Shown: positions 32,093-42,105 of the stretch, one piece after another
Layout: each line of letters starts with the position of its first letter
Position numbering within the stretch: position 1 is the stretch's first letter
Assembly (NCBI GenBank): GCA_963783575.1
Contig: CAWAOD010000015.1
Coordinates: 96,001 to 160,000 of the forward strand
DNA length: 64,000 nucleotides
Source of the DNA: an uncultured Spirochaetota bacterium
Lineage (GTDB): Bacteria > Spirochaetota > Brevinematia > Brevinematales > JAOACQ01
Reading direction: 5' to 3'
The notes under the pieces: generated by a model
Seen by the model: only the letters and a program-made list of their open reading frames with translations
The model's database searches: none
Told to the model about the DNA's origin: nothing
Translations under genes and position numbers: made by a program

Positions 32093-33487
32093 ATGATTTT
32101 ATATCAGCTTCATACGATAAATGACTTTATTATGTTTGTGTTGAAAATTTATTTATTTTTGTTTAGCCTGAGTGTTATAATATTCCTATTGATTATGACA
32201 CCTGAATTCATACGGCGTCTGGTTACAAAAATGAATCCTATCGCCGCAATCCTTTTCATATTAATTCTTTTTTTCTGTTTTTTTAATAGAACAAGAAATG
32301 CTGTTTTACTATTTATTCTGTTTATCTTATTTGTGAATAGTCTGGTTATGTTTGGATCCATATTCCAGGCAATATTTCTTAAGGTTATAAGGAGAAAATC
32401 AAAAATACCCGATAAGATGGATTATTACCCTGAAATTACCATAATTTATCCAATCAAGAATGAAAGCAATATCATTTGTAATTCCATAGATAAGGCATTT
32501 GAAGTAGATTATCCGCCCGAAAAGATAAAAATAATCGTTATTGATGATAATTCGACAGACAATACGCTTGATGTCCTAAACAATTATTCAAAAAAGAACA
32601 AGATTACAGTATATAAAAATGATAAAGAGCCGGGAAAAGCCAGTGCGTTGAATAATATTTTAAATAATGTAAGTACTGAATTTCTGGTTATAATGGATGC
32701 CGATCATTATATGTCAAAAGATTTTTTGAAAAAAGCCCTGCCCTATTTCAAAAATCCAAAAGTCGGCCTTGTCCAGGGCATGAATTGCATTCGTAACGGC
32801 GATCAATCGATCATAGCAAAATTGGTTGAACTTGAATATCATGGGCTTTATCAAGTAATGTATTATTTAAAACCTTTGCCGGCATATCTTGGAACAGGAG
32901 CGGTTTTCAAAACAGAGGTATTTAAAATGACCGGTATGTTTAAAAATGACATATCGACTGAAGACTTGGAATTTAGCTTCAGAATACATCAGAATAATTA
33001 TGAAGTAATATACAGCAACAAATTTTGTACATACGAACTGGCCACTGTAAAATTAAATGAATTTTTACGGCAAAGATACAGATGGCTTAGGGGAACATGG
33101 CAGGCCGTTAAAACTCAATTCTCCAATATGATCGTTTCAAAGAACATGAATTTTCTTAAAAAATTGGATTTCTTATCTACATGTTTTTTCCCTTGCATTC
33201 TTCTTTGCTCATTCTTAATTAATGTCTATTATTTTTTCGGCTTTATTAATGTTATCTCCTGGCCGGTAAGCATGCTCTGGTTATTTTTCATAAATATTCC
33301 ATATATTTTATATTATTTTCTTGGGGTAATATTTGCAAAAAAAACTAAAATGATTCCTGTTGTACTTTTAATACCCCTTTTTTACGCTTTATATTCGATA
33401 GCCGCCTTCGAAGCAATGTTTGATGAATGGGTAATAAACAGTAATTATAAGGGTATCAAAGCAGATAGATCGGGCAGTCATTATTAA
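32093..33487 (+). CDS. Membrane GT2 glycosyltransferase, paralog B
   Basis: IDDNSTD, GKASALN, MDAD, TED, QRYRW; colinear with 29535-30974, including the C-terminal DEW...KG.KADRS. Confidence 0.9.
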   Translation: MILYQLHTINDFIMFVLKIYLFLFSLSVIIFLLIMTPEFIRRLVTKMNPIAAILFILILFFCFFNRTRNAVLLFILFILFVNSLVMFGSIFQAIFLKVIRRKSKIPDKMDYYPEITIIYPIKNESNIICNSIDKAFEVDYPPEKIKIIVIDDNSTDNTLDVLNNYSKKNKITVYKNDKEPGKASALNNILNNVSTEFLVIMDADHYMSKDFLKKALPYFKNPKVGLVQGMNCIRNGDQSIIAKLVELEYHGLYQVMYYLKPLPAYLGTGAVFKTEVFKMTGMFKNDISTEDLEFSFRIHQNNYEVIYSNKFCTYELATVKLNEFLRQRYRWLRGTWQAVKTQFSNMIVSKNMNFLKKLDFLSTCFFPCILLCSFLINVYYFFGFINVISWPVSMLWLFFINIPYILYYFLGVIFAKKTKMIPVVLLIPLFYALYSIAAFEAMFDEWVINSNYKGIKADRSGSHY

Positions 33488-33512
33488 TTTTGATTATCAA
33501 AGGAGCTGATAA

Positions 33513-34860
33513 ATGAAAAAACTGATGTTAATTCAACCGGCTATAAAACATCAATCAAAAGGATCTGCTAAATCAAAAGTCTGGGGAATGCCACCGCTTG
33601 CGCTGGCTTATGTTGCGGCCTATACACCTGGCAATTGGGATATCAGGATAATTGATGAGCTTATAGAGGAGATACCGTATGATGATAATCCTGATTTGGT
33701 TGGAATAAGTGTTTCTTTTACAACAAGCGCTCCCAGGGCATACCAGATCGCTGAAGAATTCAGAAAGAAAGGCATTCCCGTCATATTAGGAGGCATTCAT
33801 GTTTCCATGATACCTGATGAAGCGCTTAATTATGCGGATGCAATTGTCATAGGAGAGGCGGAATCGAATCTGGAAAACCGTTATCTCTGATTTTGAGGAA
33901 GGAAAATTAGGGAAAAAATATTTCGGTCAAAGGCTTCCTCTGGACAATCTCCCCCTTCCCAGAAGAGATTTGCTGTCTGATAAATATGAACTGGACATTA
34001 TTCAGACCACACGGGGATGTCCTTTTAACTGTGAATTCTGTTGTGTCACCGCATTCAACGGATCTTCCTACCGGCAGAGACCAGTTGAAGATGTTTTAAA
34101 TGAGATATCTCTTATCAAAACAAATGTATTCCATATCATCGATGATAATATTCTGGGGTTCGGCAAAGAGGCGGAACAGCGGGCTATCAGACTGTTTAAA
34201 GGAATGATCGATAGAAAATTCAATAAGTTCTGGAACTCGATGGCATCCGTTAACATTGCCGATAATGAAGAGGTGTTAAGATATGCTTTTAAAAGCGGAT
34301 GCCGCAGTTTATATATCGGCTTCGAATCCATCAATCCAGACAGTTTGAAGGAAATGAGAAAAGGAATAAACCTTAAAGCCGGGATATCAGGCTTCAAAAC
34401 TGCCATAAATAAAATTCATCGGCATGGCATCAGTATAAATGGAGGATTCATTATCGGTAATGATAATGATAATCCCAAAATATTCAGGGAACTGAATGAA
34501 TTCATGAAAGAAACGGATAATTTTGCCATAAACTTCCTGACGCCTCATCCGGGTACACGATTGTTTGACCGGTTAAAAAAAGAAGATCGTATTATTTATA
34601 ACCGTTATCCTAATGATTGGCAACGATATACTAACGAACAAATTGTCATAAAACCTAAAAATATGTCCGTTGATGATCTGTCCCACGGATATTTGTATCT
34701 TGTCAATAAAAGATTTTCCAGGAAAGCCATTTATTTACAGTGTTTGAAAACTTTAATCAGGACAAGAAATTTGAAATCAGCTTTATTTTCCTATTTTACA
34801 AACAAAAGATCATGGAAAGATCTTATACATGATCGAGATTTTGAGAATATCGGCAGGTAA
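33513..34860 (+). CDS. Cobalamin-binding radical SAM protein; one frameshift at 33867-33868
   Basis: PPLALAYVAA, LGGIHVS, GEAE. Removing one A gives ESIWKTVISDF...LPRRDLL, joining TRGCPFNCEFC and GFES (1347 nt). Confidence 0.88.
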
Positions 34861-34867
34861 AAATGAT

Positions 34868-36184
34868 ATGGACAAAGAAAAAAAATACTATCCGTTGACT
34901 AGTTATCAAAAAATTATATATTATGGAGAGATGTCGCTGCCGGGTATTCCAACCCAAAACTTTTTATGCAGCATGAAATTGGGCAGTGAAATAGATTTAT
35001 CAATTCTGGAAAAAGTAATTAATTTAATTATTTTAAAGAACGATAGCTTTCGTTTAAGATTTAAAACAGATAAAGGAATAAAGTATTTATTCAAGAAGTT
35101 GAATTTTTTTAAAAGATGCACCTATGTAAAGCAGTATGTTTCAGAATACGAGGAAAAAAAATTTGAATTCTATGAATTGAGTTCAGAATATGCCGAATGG
35201 GTCAAACTCCAATCAATTAAGTTGTTTGATCTTTATGATTCGGACTTATACTCTTTTATTTTTCTGAAATTAAATACCGGAGAATATGTTGTCTTTCTTC
35301 GCATTCATCACATAATAACCGACGGATGGTCATTAAATCTTGTAATCAGCCAGATAGGCGAATATTATACAAAAATAAAAAATGGATTACTCATTGATTT
35401 GCATCCAAATCCTTCTTATATTGATTTGATATTAAAAGAAGAAAAATATCAGAAAACAGATAAGTTTCGCAATGATAAGAAATTGTTATTTGAAAAATTT
35501 AAAAATGCCCCTGAATCTGCACTATTTAAAAAGAAAATGAATCATAGAGGTAATTGTAATTATAAGACATTTATATTATCCCCTGATATAACAAAGATAA
35601 TATATAAACTCTGTGAAAATGTATTCATATATCCTTTAATTTTATTTACAGCGGCTATAGTCCGTTTGATTAAAAGTAAAACCAATATTAATGATATTAT
35701 ATTGATAATGCTTTATCATAACAGGGTTAGTAAACAGGAAATGGAAACTACCGGCATGTATAGCAAAGCAATACCCATGCGTATCAAATTGGGAGAAAAA
35801 ATGAATTTAAAAATGCTTAGCAATAAAATTTTTGCAGAATATAAATTTTCTATAAATCATGGGCAAGAAGCGGCCATTATGAATTTATTAGAAAACGGCA
35901 ATAAATTCTATCGAAACGCTATCTTGATTTCAAGTGAAAAATATCCTTCGGATAATACAGGCATTGTTAAATCCATTGAATTTCATGACCTCGGTTATGT
36001 GTCCAATCCATTGATCTTTCAGATTAATGATTACAATCAGGCAGGATTCAAACTGAAATATGAGTATCAAACAAATTATTTTTCAGATATAGAAATTGAT
36101 GATTTACAAAGGGAGATAGAAAATATTATTATTCAATTTGGGAAAGGAGAATTGGATATTTCTAATCGCATTAATCAAATTTAA
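34868..36184 (+). CDS. Stand-alone NRPS-type condensation domain protein
   Basis: YYPLTSYQ, NDSFRLRF, intact HHIITDG motif; no A or T domain in the ORF. Confidence 0.85.
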   Translation: MDKEKKYYPLTSYQKIIYYGEMSLPGIPTQNFLCSMKLGSEIDLSILEKVINLIILKNDSFRLRFKTDKGIKYLFKKLNFFKRCTYVKQYVSEYEEKKFEFYELSSEYAEWVKLQSIKLFDLYDSDLYSFIFLKLNTGEYVVFLRIHHIITDGWSLNLVISQIGEYYTKIKNGLLIDLHPNPSYIDLILKEEKYQKTDKFRNDKKLLFEKFKNAPESALFKKKMNHRGNCNYKTFILSPDITKIIYKLCENVFIYPLILFTAAIVRLIKSKTNINDIILIMLYHNRVSKQEMETTGMYSKAIPMRIKLGEKMNLKMLSNKIFAEYKFSINHGQEAAIMNLLENGNKFYRNAILISSEKYPSDNTGIVKSIEFHDLGYVSNPLIFQINDYNQAGFKLKYEYQTNYFSDIEIDDLQREIENIIIQFGKGELDISNRINQI

Positions 36185-36263
36185 TAAACTTTAAATTAAT
36201 TGCCTTTTATCAAACTTTTTCAAGCAATTTATTAATAATTTCGGTTTTTGTAAAAAGTTTTTC

Positions 36264-36292
36264 TTGAATATTAGATATTAATGTGGTAAAAT
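36264..36292 (+). promoter_or_regulatory. Sigma70-type promoter upstream of the ACP operon
   Basis: TTGAAT, 17 bp, TAAAAT with extended TG, in a ~250-bp AT-rich gap. Confidence 0.5.
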
Positions 36293-36440
36293 TTTTTCTC
36301 GGTTATTATTTGTTGTTATACAAAAATCTTTTGATTTTTTTAATTAATATTAACCCAAATTTATATTAATTTGGAGATTAATTGGTGATTCAGATATACT
36401 CAAGGATTTGAAATTGGCTGCAAATATAAGAGGTATAGTT

Positions 36441-36692
36441 ATGGTTGAGAAGATCATCGATATTTTATGTGAGATAAAAGGTGATAACAGTCTGAAAGGG
36501 AACCTGAATGCAAGTTCCAGCATAATAAGCGATGTTGGCCTGGATTCTCTTCAAATGATTACTTTTATTCTTAGGCTGGAAGATGAGTTTAATGTTGTAT
36601 TAGACTTTAATGGACTTGATCTGGCAAATTTAAAGAGGATCGATAGTGTCTGTAAGATTATTGAAGAAGCTATGTCGGTTGGACAGGCATAA
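36441..36692 (+). CDS. Acyl/aminoacyl carrier protein
   Basis: Phosphopantetheine motif DVGLDSLQM...LEDEFNV; GAGGT RBS before ATG 36441. Confidence 0.9.
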   Translation: MVEKIIDILCEIKGDNSLKGNLNASSSIISDVGLDSLQMITFILRLEDEFNVVLDFNGLDLANLKRIDSVCKIIEEAMSVGQA

Positions 36693-38047
36693 TGGCAAGC
36701 ATGAATAGAAAACTGGTAATGGGTGTATTCGATTCCGAAAAATTCTGGCGTGATAATAATGCGGCGTCATTGCCAGCGATCTTTGACAGCAGCAGTGCTA
36801 ATATAATAAATGCAATGGATGAATTACTGTTTCCCTTTTGCGCTGAAAACGGCGTACTGATAACAGGAAAGAAGATGAACAACTTCCATAAGAATTATTT
36901 AAATCAAATAGGTTTTGCCTTTACCTGTAATTCAGAAAATCTGGATGACTATGCCGAGAATAGCGGCGGTGTTAAAAACAATATTTTTGAAGCGGCGGCC
37001 TTAAAAAGCAATTTCTCCAAAATAGAAAAACTTATCGATGCCGATACCTATCTCTCTCCATATGCAGTAATTCCCTATACTCTTGAGATGTGCTATACTC
37101 AAAAAATAAAATATTCCCTGCCTGAACTTAAGCATGTAAAAGCTGTAAATTCAAAAATATATTCAAACACATTAAAAGCAAAACTTGGGTTGAACTCTGT
37201 TGGAGAGGTTGTATATGACTGCGGACAGCTTGTCGGTAAGGGTCTTGAAATGCTTAAGAACGGCGCTTTTCTTATAAAAGACGAATATGGGGTGTCTGGT
37301 AAAGGTAATATCTTAATTACATCGGAAAAACTTTTATTAAGGATAGCCGGGTATCTTAAAAAGCAGGAAGACAGTCAAATGCATATCAGGTTTGTGCTGG
37401 AACCTCTTTTAGATAAACAGCTTGATTTTTCATGCAATATCATTTCAACTGCCGATGGAAATATCTATATTGACAGTGTTCAAAAGATAATAAACATCAA
37501 TTTTAATTATGCAGGTACTTGCAGTATTGGAGAGGAATTATACGGATTTTTAGAAGAAAAGGGCTACTTTAAAACGATGGAAAAAATAGCGGGAGAATTG
37601 TATAAAGACGGATATTTCGGAGAAATAGGCATTGATTCGATGATGCTCAAAGATGGAAATATAGTACCTATAATTGAGATAAATGCAAGAAAAACAATGG
37701 GGATGGTGCACCAACGTATTAATATTTATCTTAAAAATTTCGGTTTGGAAGGGCAATTGACTTTTTATTCCCTTGGTTATACCCATACGTTTAAATTTGA
37801 ACAACTTCTTTCAAAAATGAAGGAATATAAAATCCTGTTTGATCCCGAAGCGGAAAAAGGAATTATTCCCCTGTCAGCCAATACTTTACTGATAAATAGC
37901 TATGTCGCTGATAATAATACAGGCGGCCAGGAGATATTTAAGGGAAGGTTCTATTATTTTGCCGTGGCGAAAACAGAGGAAGAGAGAGCTGAACTGATTC
38001 TAAAAACATGCGAATTATTCAAATCTTCAGGATTTAAAATATATTGA
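36692..38047 (+). CDS. ATP-grasp ligase, translationally coupled to the ACP (BtrJ-like by inference)
   Basis: VNSKIYS, LIKDEYGVSGKG, LEPLL, GYFGEIGIDSM, IIEINAR. Confidence 0.8.
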   Translation: MASMNRKLVMGVFDSEKFWRDNNAASLPAIFDSSSANIINAMDELLFPFCAENGVLITGKKMNNFHKNYLNQIGFAFTCNSENLDDYAENSGGVKNNIFEAAALKSNFSKIEKLIDADTYLSPYAVIPYTLEMCYTQKIKYSLPELKHVKAVNSKIYSNTLKAKLGLNSVGEVVYDCGQLVGKGLEMLKNGAFLIKDEYGVSGKGNILITSEKLLLRIAGYLKKQEDSQMHIRFVLEPLLDKQLDFSCNIISTADGNIYIDSVQKIININFNYAGTCSIGEELYGFLEEKGYFKTMEKIAGELYKDGYFGEIGIDSMMLKDGNIVPIIEINARKTMGMVHQRINIYLKNFGLEGQLTFYSLGYTHTFKFEQLLSKMKEYKILFDPEAEKGIIPLSANTLLINSYVADNNTGGQEIFKGRFYYFAVAKTEEERAELILKTCELFKSSGFKIY

Positions 38048-38065
38048 AATCAAGGGAGAAATAAA

Positions 38066-39154
38066 ATGAAAGATCATACTGTTACTATATTAGCTTCAGG
38101 CGTGGCACTCGGGGTATATTTACCTGCATTAATACTGGAATATCAGCTGAAAAAAAGAGGGTTGAATACAGATATCGCGGTCATAGAAAATCTTGTCGAA
38201 GAGGAAAAGAAAAATAGAATTCTGGTCAATAAGAAGGCCTTTCATGAAAATTTCAGGCTGGCTTTGAAGGGAAGGAAGATGATGAAAGACATGTCGTCCA
38301 GCTTCGATAAAGCCTTGAAATCCGAATTGTTCGATACATGGAAAAAATCGGATAGAAGATATTTTATGACTTATTCGGGTTATTGGGTACCTATTCTGGA
38401 AGAATACAGAGAAATAAGCGGTATAAATATCAATGTTGACGTCATTAATATCGACGCCGATATCTGCCAATCGATGAGCCATTTTACCGACATAATATTC
38501 AGCAAATACAGACAAATCTGGCTGTGGAGCTGGAAAGACAGGCGGCTGGATTATGAAGTTCCGGTAACGGATCAAAAACCCGTAGAGTATTCAAAAAGGA
38601 ACGGCAGGCTGGTCATTCATGGCGGAGGATGGGGTATGGGTACGTATAAAATCAAAATATCCGAACTTGAAAGCAAAGGTTATAATCTTGATATAGTCGC
38701 TTATTACCCCGAAGAAATCGATTACGGAAATAAACGAAGGTATTTTATGATCGAGCCCGGTTGGTCGCCATGGATGAAAAACAAAAACGGCCGCCATGAA
38801 TTTCCGCCGATGTCGGAAATCAAGCAGGGCGAAAACCCTGTTTATAAAAACAAAGAATGCTATCACGAGCTGTTCGACACAATACGGGAGGCTGGAGCGA
38901 TCATAAGCAAGCCTGGCGGCAGCACATTGGCAGATTCGCTCGCTTCGGCAACGCCTCTTGTTACATTAGAACCGTTCGGCGAAGCTGAAGAAAAGAATTC
39001 CGGGATATGGGAATATCTCGGTTTTGGCATATCATATGAAAATTGGGAGAAATCGGGCTTTTCAGTGGATGTACTGGAAAAGCTTCATTTAAACCTCATC
39101 AACAAAGGCAAGACAATCGATTATCCTGAATTTTTCAGTAAAAATATTTCATAG
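38066..39154 (+). CDS. GT-B fold UDP-glycosyltransferase-like protein (GT28/MurG-like C-terminal motif)
   Basis: HGGGWGMG, IISKPGGSTL, EPFGEAEEKN. Confidence 0.7.
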   Translation: MKDHTVTILASGVALGVYLPALILEYQLKKRGLNTDIAVIENLVEEEKKNRILVNKKAFHENFRLALKGRKMMKDMSSSFDKALKSELFDTWKKSDRRYFMTYSGYWVPILEEYREISGININVDVINIDADICQSMSHFTDIIFSKYRQIWLWSWKDRRLDYEVPVTDQKPVEYSKRNGRLVIHGGGWGMGTYKIKISELESKGYNLDIVAYYPEEIDYGNKRRYFMIEPGWSPWMKNKNGRHEFPPMSEIKQGENPVYKNKECYHELFDTIREAGAIISKPGGSTLADSLASATPLVTLEPFGEAEEKNSGIWEYLGFGISYENWEKSGFSVDVLEKLHLNLINKGKTIDYPEFFSKNIS

Positions 39155-39193
39155 GCATTTATCCGGATTTGCAAAATAAGGGAGAAGCATAAG

Positions 39194-40366
39194 ATGCAGC
39201 CAAAAACTAAAGTTGAATTTGATGAGAAAACATTCGATCGAATAAAGAGAACCATCAGAAATATGTCGACGGCGTCGCGGGAAAGACAATCAAAGCCTGA
39301 TTTCGCAACAAGGCTCCCCGACGAAGTGGGCATTCAGCTAACCAACCGGTGCAATCTGAGATGCAAACATTGCTACCAGTGGAGCGATGAGGGGCATCAT
39401 AAGAATATGGATTTGAGCAAACAAAAAATGGACCTGGATTTTGGAATTATTGAAAAAATATTTTCTGAAACAAAGGATGTAAAATCAAATTTATATGTAT
39501 GGGGAGGGGAGCCTCTCTGTTATGAAAACTGGGATAGATTCTGCGACCTTCTGGCAAGAGACCCGAGATGGACCGTTCTTTGTACAAATGCCACAGGAAT
39601 TGAGGACAACCTTGATTCATTATTGAAAGTATCCGAAAATCTTGCGGCTTTGATAAGCCTGGACGGATTTGAAGAGGAGAACGACGCCGTCAGGGGGAAA
39701 GGCGTGTTTAAAAAAGTGATAAACGGAATCGACGCATTGCTTGATTGCAAGGGGAAGGGCACTTTCAAGGGTGAGGTTTCTGTCAACTGTGTAATTACCG
39801 ATAGTATGGTAGGCAAGCTTTATGACTTTTTAGAGTATTTTGAGGAAAAAGGGGTAAATACTGTATATTTCTGCTTCACTTGGTATATTCCGGAAAATAT
39901 TTGTTTGGAAATGGATAAATATTTTGAAGAAAAGTTCAATTGGCTGCCAGGCTATAATAAGAACAGGAAAAACAGTTGGCATTCTTATACATATAACCTA
40001 AATCATGGACTGATTGAAAAGCTTAAAAGGGACATGCAAAAGATAAACAGCAGGGAATGGAATATAAGGGTCAGGTATCAGCCTGCCCTGGAAATGGATG
40101 AAGTTGAGAGTTTCATAACCGGGGGTGGAAAGGCGATACAGCATAGAAAATTATGCCTTGCGGCGTCAAATCGTATGAATGTCAGTGCCGACGGCACGGT
40201 TACTGTCTGTAAAATGTTCCCTGAATTCATTGTCGGTAACCTGAATGAACGCAGTGTATATGAATTATGGAACAGTGAGGAATTTAAAAAAGCAAGATTG
40301 ATTATAAGCCAGGGTTTGATGCCGATATGCACGAAGTGCATACTTTTATACCTGCATGGAAGGTAA
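39194..40366 (+). CDS. Radical SAM protein with SPASM/twitch domain
   Basis: CNLRCKHC, WGGEPL, SLDG; C-terminal CLAA...DGTVTVC...CTKC. Confidence 0.9.
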   Translation: MQPKTKVEFDEKTFDRIKRTIRNMSTASRERQSKPDFATRLPDEVGIQLTNRCNLRCKHCYQWSDEGHHKNMDLSKQKMDLDFGIIEKIFSETKDVKSNLYVWGGEPLCYENWDRFCDLLARDPRWTVLCTNATGIEDNLDSLLKVSENLAALISLDGFEEENDAVRGKGVFKKVINGIDALLDCKGKGTFKGEVSVNCVITDSMVGKLYDFLEYFEEKGVNTVYFCFTWYIPENICLEMDKYFEEKFNWLPGYNKNRKNSWHSYTYNLNHGLIEKLKRDMQKINSREWNIRVRYQPALEMDEVESFITGGGKAIQHRKLCLAASNRMNVSADGTVTVCKMFPEFIVGNLNERSVYELWNSEEFKKARLIISQGLMPICTKCILLYLHGR

Positions 40367-40501
40367 AGTTCTAAAACTCACGCGGCGGAGTATTTTGTGC
40401 CGCAAGGAAGAAATTTTGCGCTCATCCCCGCAGTACACATTCGACAGGTTCAGTGCAAGAACAGCGGGGTATTTGCACAAGACGAAATAAAAGGAGGAAG
40501 C

Positions 40502-42028
40502 ATGAAGAAAAAGAGTTTTCAGAGCTTCATGGTTTCGTATCCATTTATAATTTGGACAATCATCACTATTATTGCTTTTGTTTTTTTGTTCATCGGCATC
40601 AACCAAGAAAGCATTTGGACTGACGAGGCATTCACAGCTACGATAATTCAGCATAGTTTTACCGGAATCATTTATAATACTGGCGGAGATATGCATCCGC
40701 CACTGTATTATTTTCTTCTTAAATTGTTCACAATTATTTTCGGTACATCCGAGATTGCTCTTAGGTCTTTTTCAGTTATGGGAGCTGTCGCGACAATCTG
40801 GCTCGGTGCAGGTCCTATAAGAAGACTTTTCGGACTTAAAATAGCCCTTATCTTTACTGGATTCATAATTGTTTTACCAGTAACACTAGTGTATTCGCAT
40901 GAGGTTCGTATGTATTCATGGGCTGCTTTTTTCACACTTTCCGGCATTATATACGGTTATTCTTCGGTCATAACCAATAGAAAAAAAGACTGGGCCCTTT
41001 TTGCCGTTTTTACTCTTGCAGGAATGTATACACATAATTATTCTCTGTTAGCACTTTTTTTTGGGTTTGTTATCCTCTTTATATATATTCTTATAAAAGC
41101 GAAGGACAGGATATTGCCATACTTAGTAACCGCCGGATGCATATTTTTAATGTATCTACCCTGGTTTTTCGTATTATTGAATCAAACCGCCTCAGTTATT
41201 AAAGGTATCTGGATTCCTCCCGTCGGAATTCCGGATGTGCTGTATGCATTTATGGCACCCTTTGAAACCAAGTGGGAGTTCGGATTCTCTTTTATATTTA
41301 TGATATCCGCTTTTTTATTATGTTTATCCATAATCGCTTATGGTATCATAGAAAATATAAAGAGAAAAAATACAGAGAAAGCAAAGGCGACAATTTTTTT
41401 TATACTGATATATTTTCTTACTCTCTGTTTTGCAACGCTGTTTTCAATATTCATAGTTCCCATAATGTTTTACAGATATATGTCCATTTGTTCCGGATTG
41501 TTTCTATTGTCAGTTATTCTGGGCATTGATTCCCTGAAGCAGTTGAACGTCCAAACGGTTTTATGCATTATTCTTATCCTCCTCATCCTGCCGGTTGACA
41601 TATTAATTCAAACACAAAAGTTTAACGGACCGGCCCGGGAAATTGCCGAAGAAGTAAAGCAGAGGATGCGGCCGGATGACGCCTTGATTTATAATAGTTG
41701 TCATTCGGCCTTTCCTTTATGGTATTATATACCTAAAGCGACCCATGTCTTTCTTCTTCCCTCTAGCAATAGCCCCCCGGCTTTGGATCCGAAATTCTTT
41801 CAAGCGGATACGCTGGATATCACCGGTCTTTCCGAACTCATCGGTAAGAAAAAGAGGATATGGATTATCAACAGTATAAACAAATATAATAGCAGCGAAA
41901 GTCCCCGCATTAATCCCGATGTTCTTATACAGGCGGGTTACGAGAAAAAATACGTTATAAATGAATATGACTATCCGTTTTCATGGCTGAAGCTAAGCGG
42001 TGAGTATTTTGTTATGCCGGACAATTAA
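40502..42028 (+). CDS. GT-C fold membrane glycosyltransferase (GT39/PMT-like)
   Basis: SIWTDEAFT, DMHPPLYY, EVRMYS, many TM helices; AGGAGG RBS before ATG 40502. Confidence 0.85.
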   Translation: MKKKSFQSFMVSYPFIIWTIITIIAFVFLFIGINQESIWTDEAFTATIIQHSFTGIIYNTGGDMHPPLYYFLLKLFTIIFGTSEIALRSFSVMGAVATIWLGAGPIRRLFGLKIALIFTGFIIVLPVTLVYSHEVRMYSWAAFFTLSGIIYGYSSVITNRKKDWALFAVFTLAGMYTHNYSLLALFFGFVILFIYILIKAKDRILPYLVTAGCIFLMYLPWFFVLLNQTASVIKGIWIPPVGIPDVLYAFMAPFETKWEFGFSFIFMISAFLLCLSIIAYGIIENIKRKNTEKAKATIFFILIYFLTLCFATLFSIFIVPIMFYRYMSICSGLFLLSVILGIDSLKQLNVQTVLCIILILLILPVDILIQTQKFNGPAREIAEEVKQRMRPDDALIYNSCHSAFPLWYYIPKATHVFLLPSSNSPPALDPKFFQADTLDITGLSELIGKKKRIWIINSINKYNSSESPRINPDVLIQAGYEKKYVINEYDYPFSWLKLSGEYFVMPDN

Positions 42029-42105
42029 TGAAAATTGAAAACAATATAAATCGCCGTATTCAGTGGTTTAGGAGCAGCAATAAAATATTAGAGGAGGGAC
42101 AATCT

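Noticed and set aside
36441..40366. A complete butirosin/aminoglycoside cluster
   Set aside because: No 2-deoxy-scyllo-inosose synthase, aminotransferase, decarboxylase or resistance gene is in the window; only the ACP/ATP-grasp logic is reminiscent.
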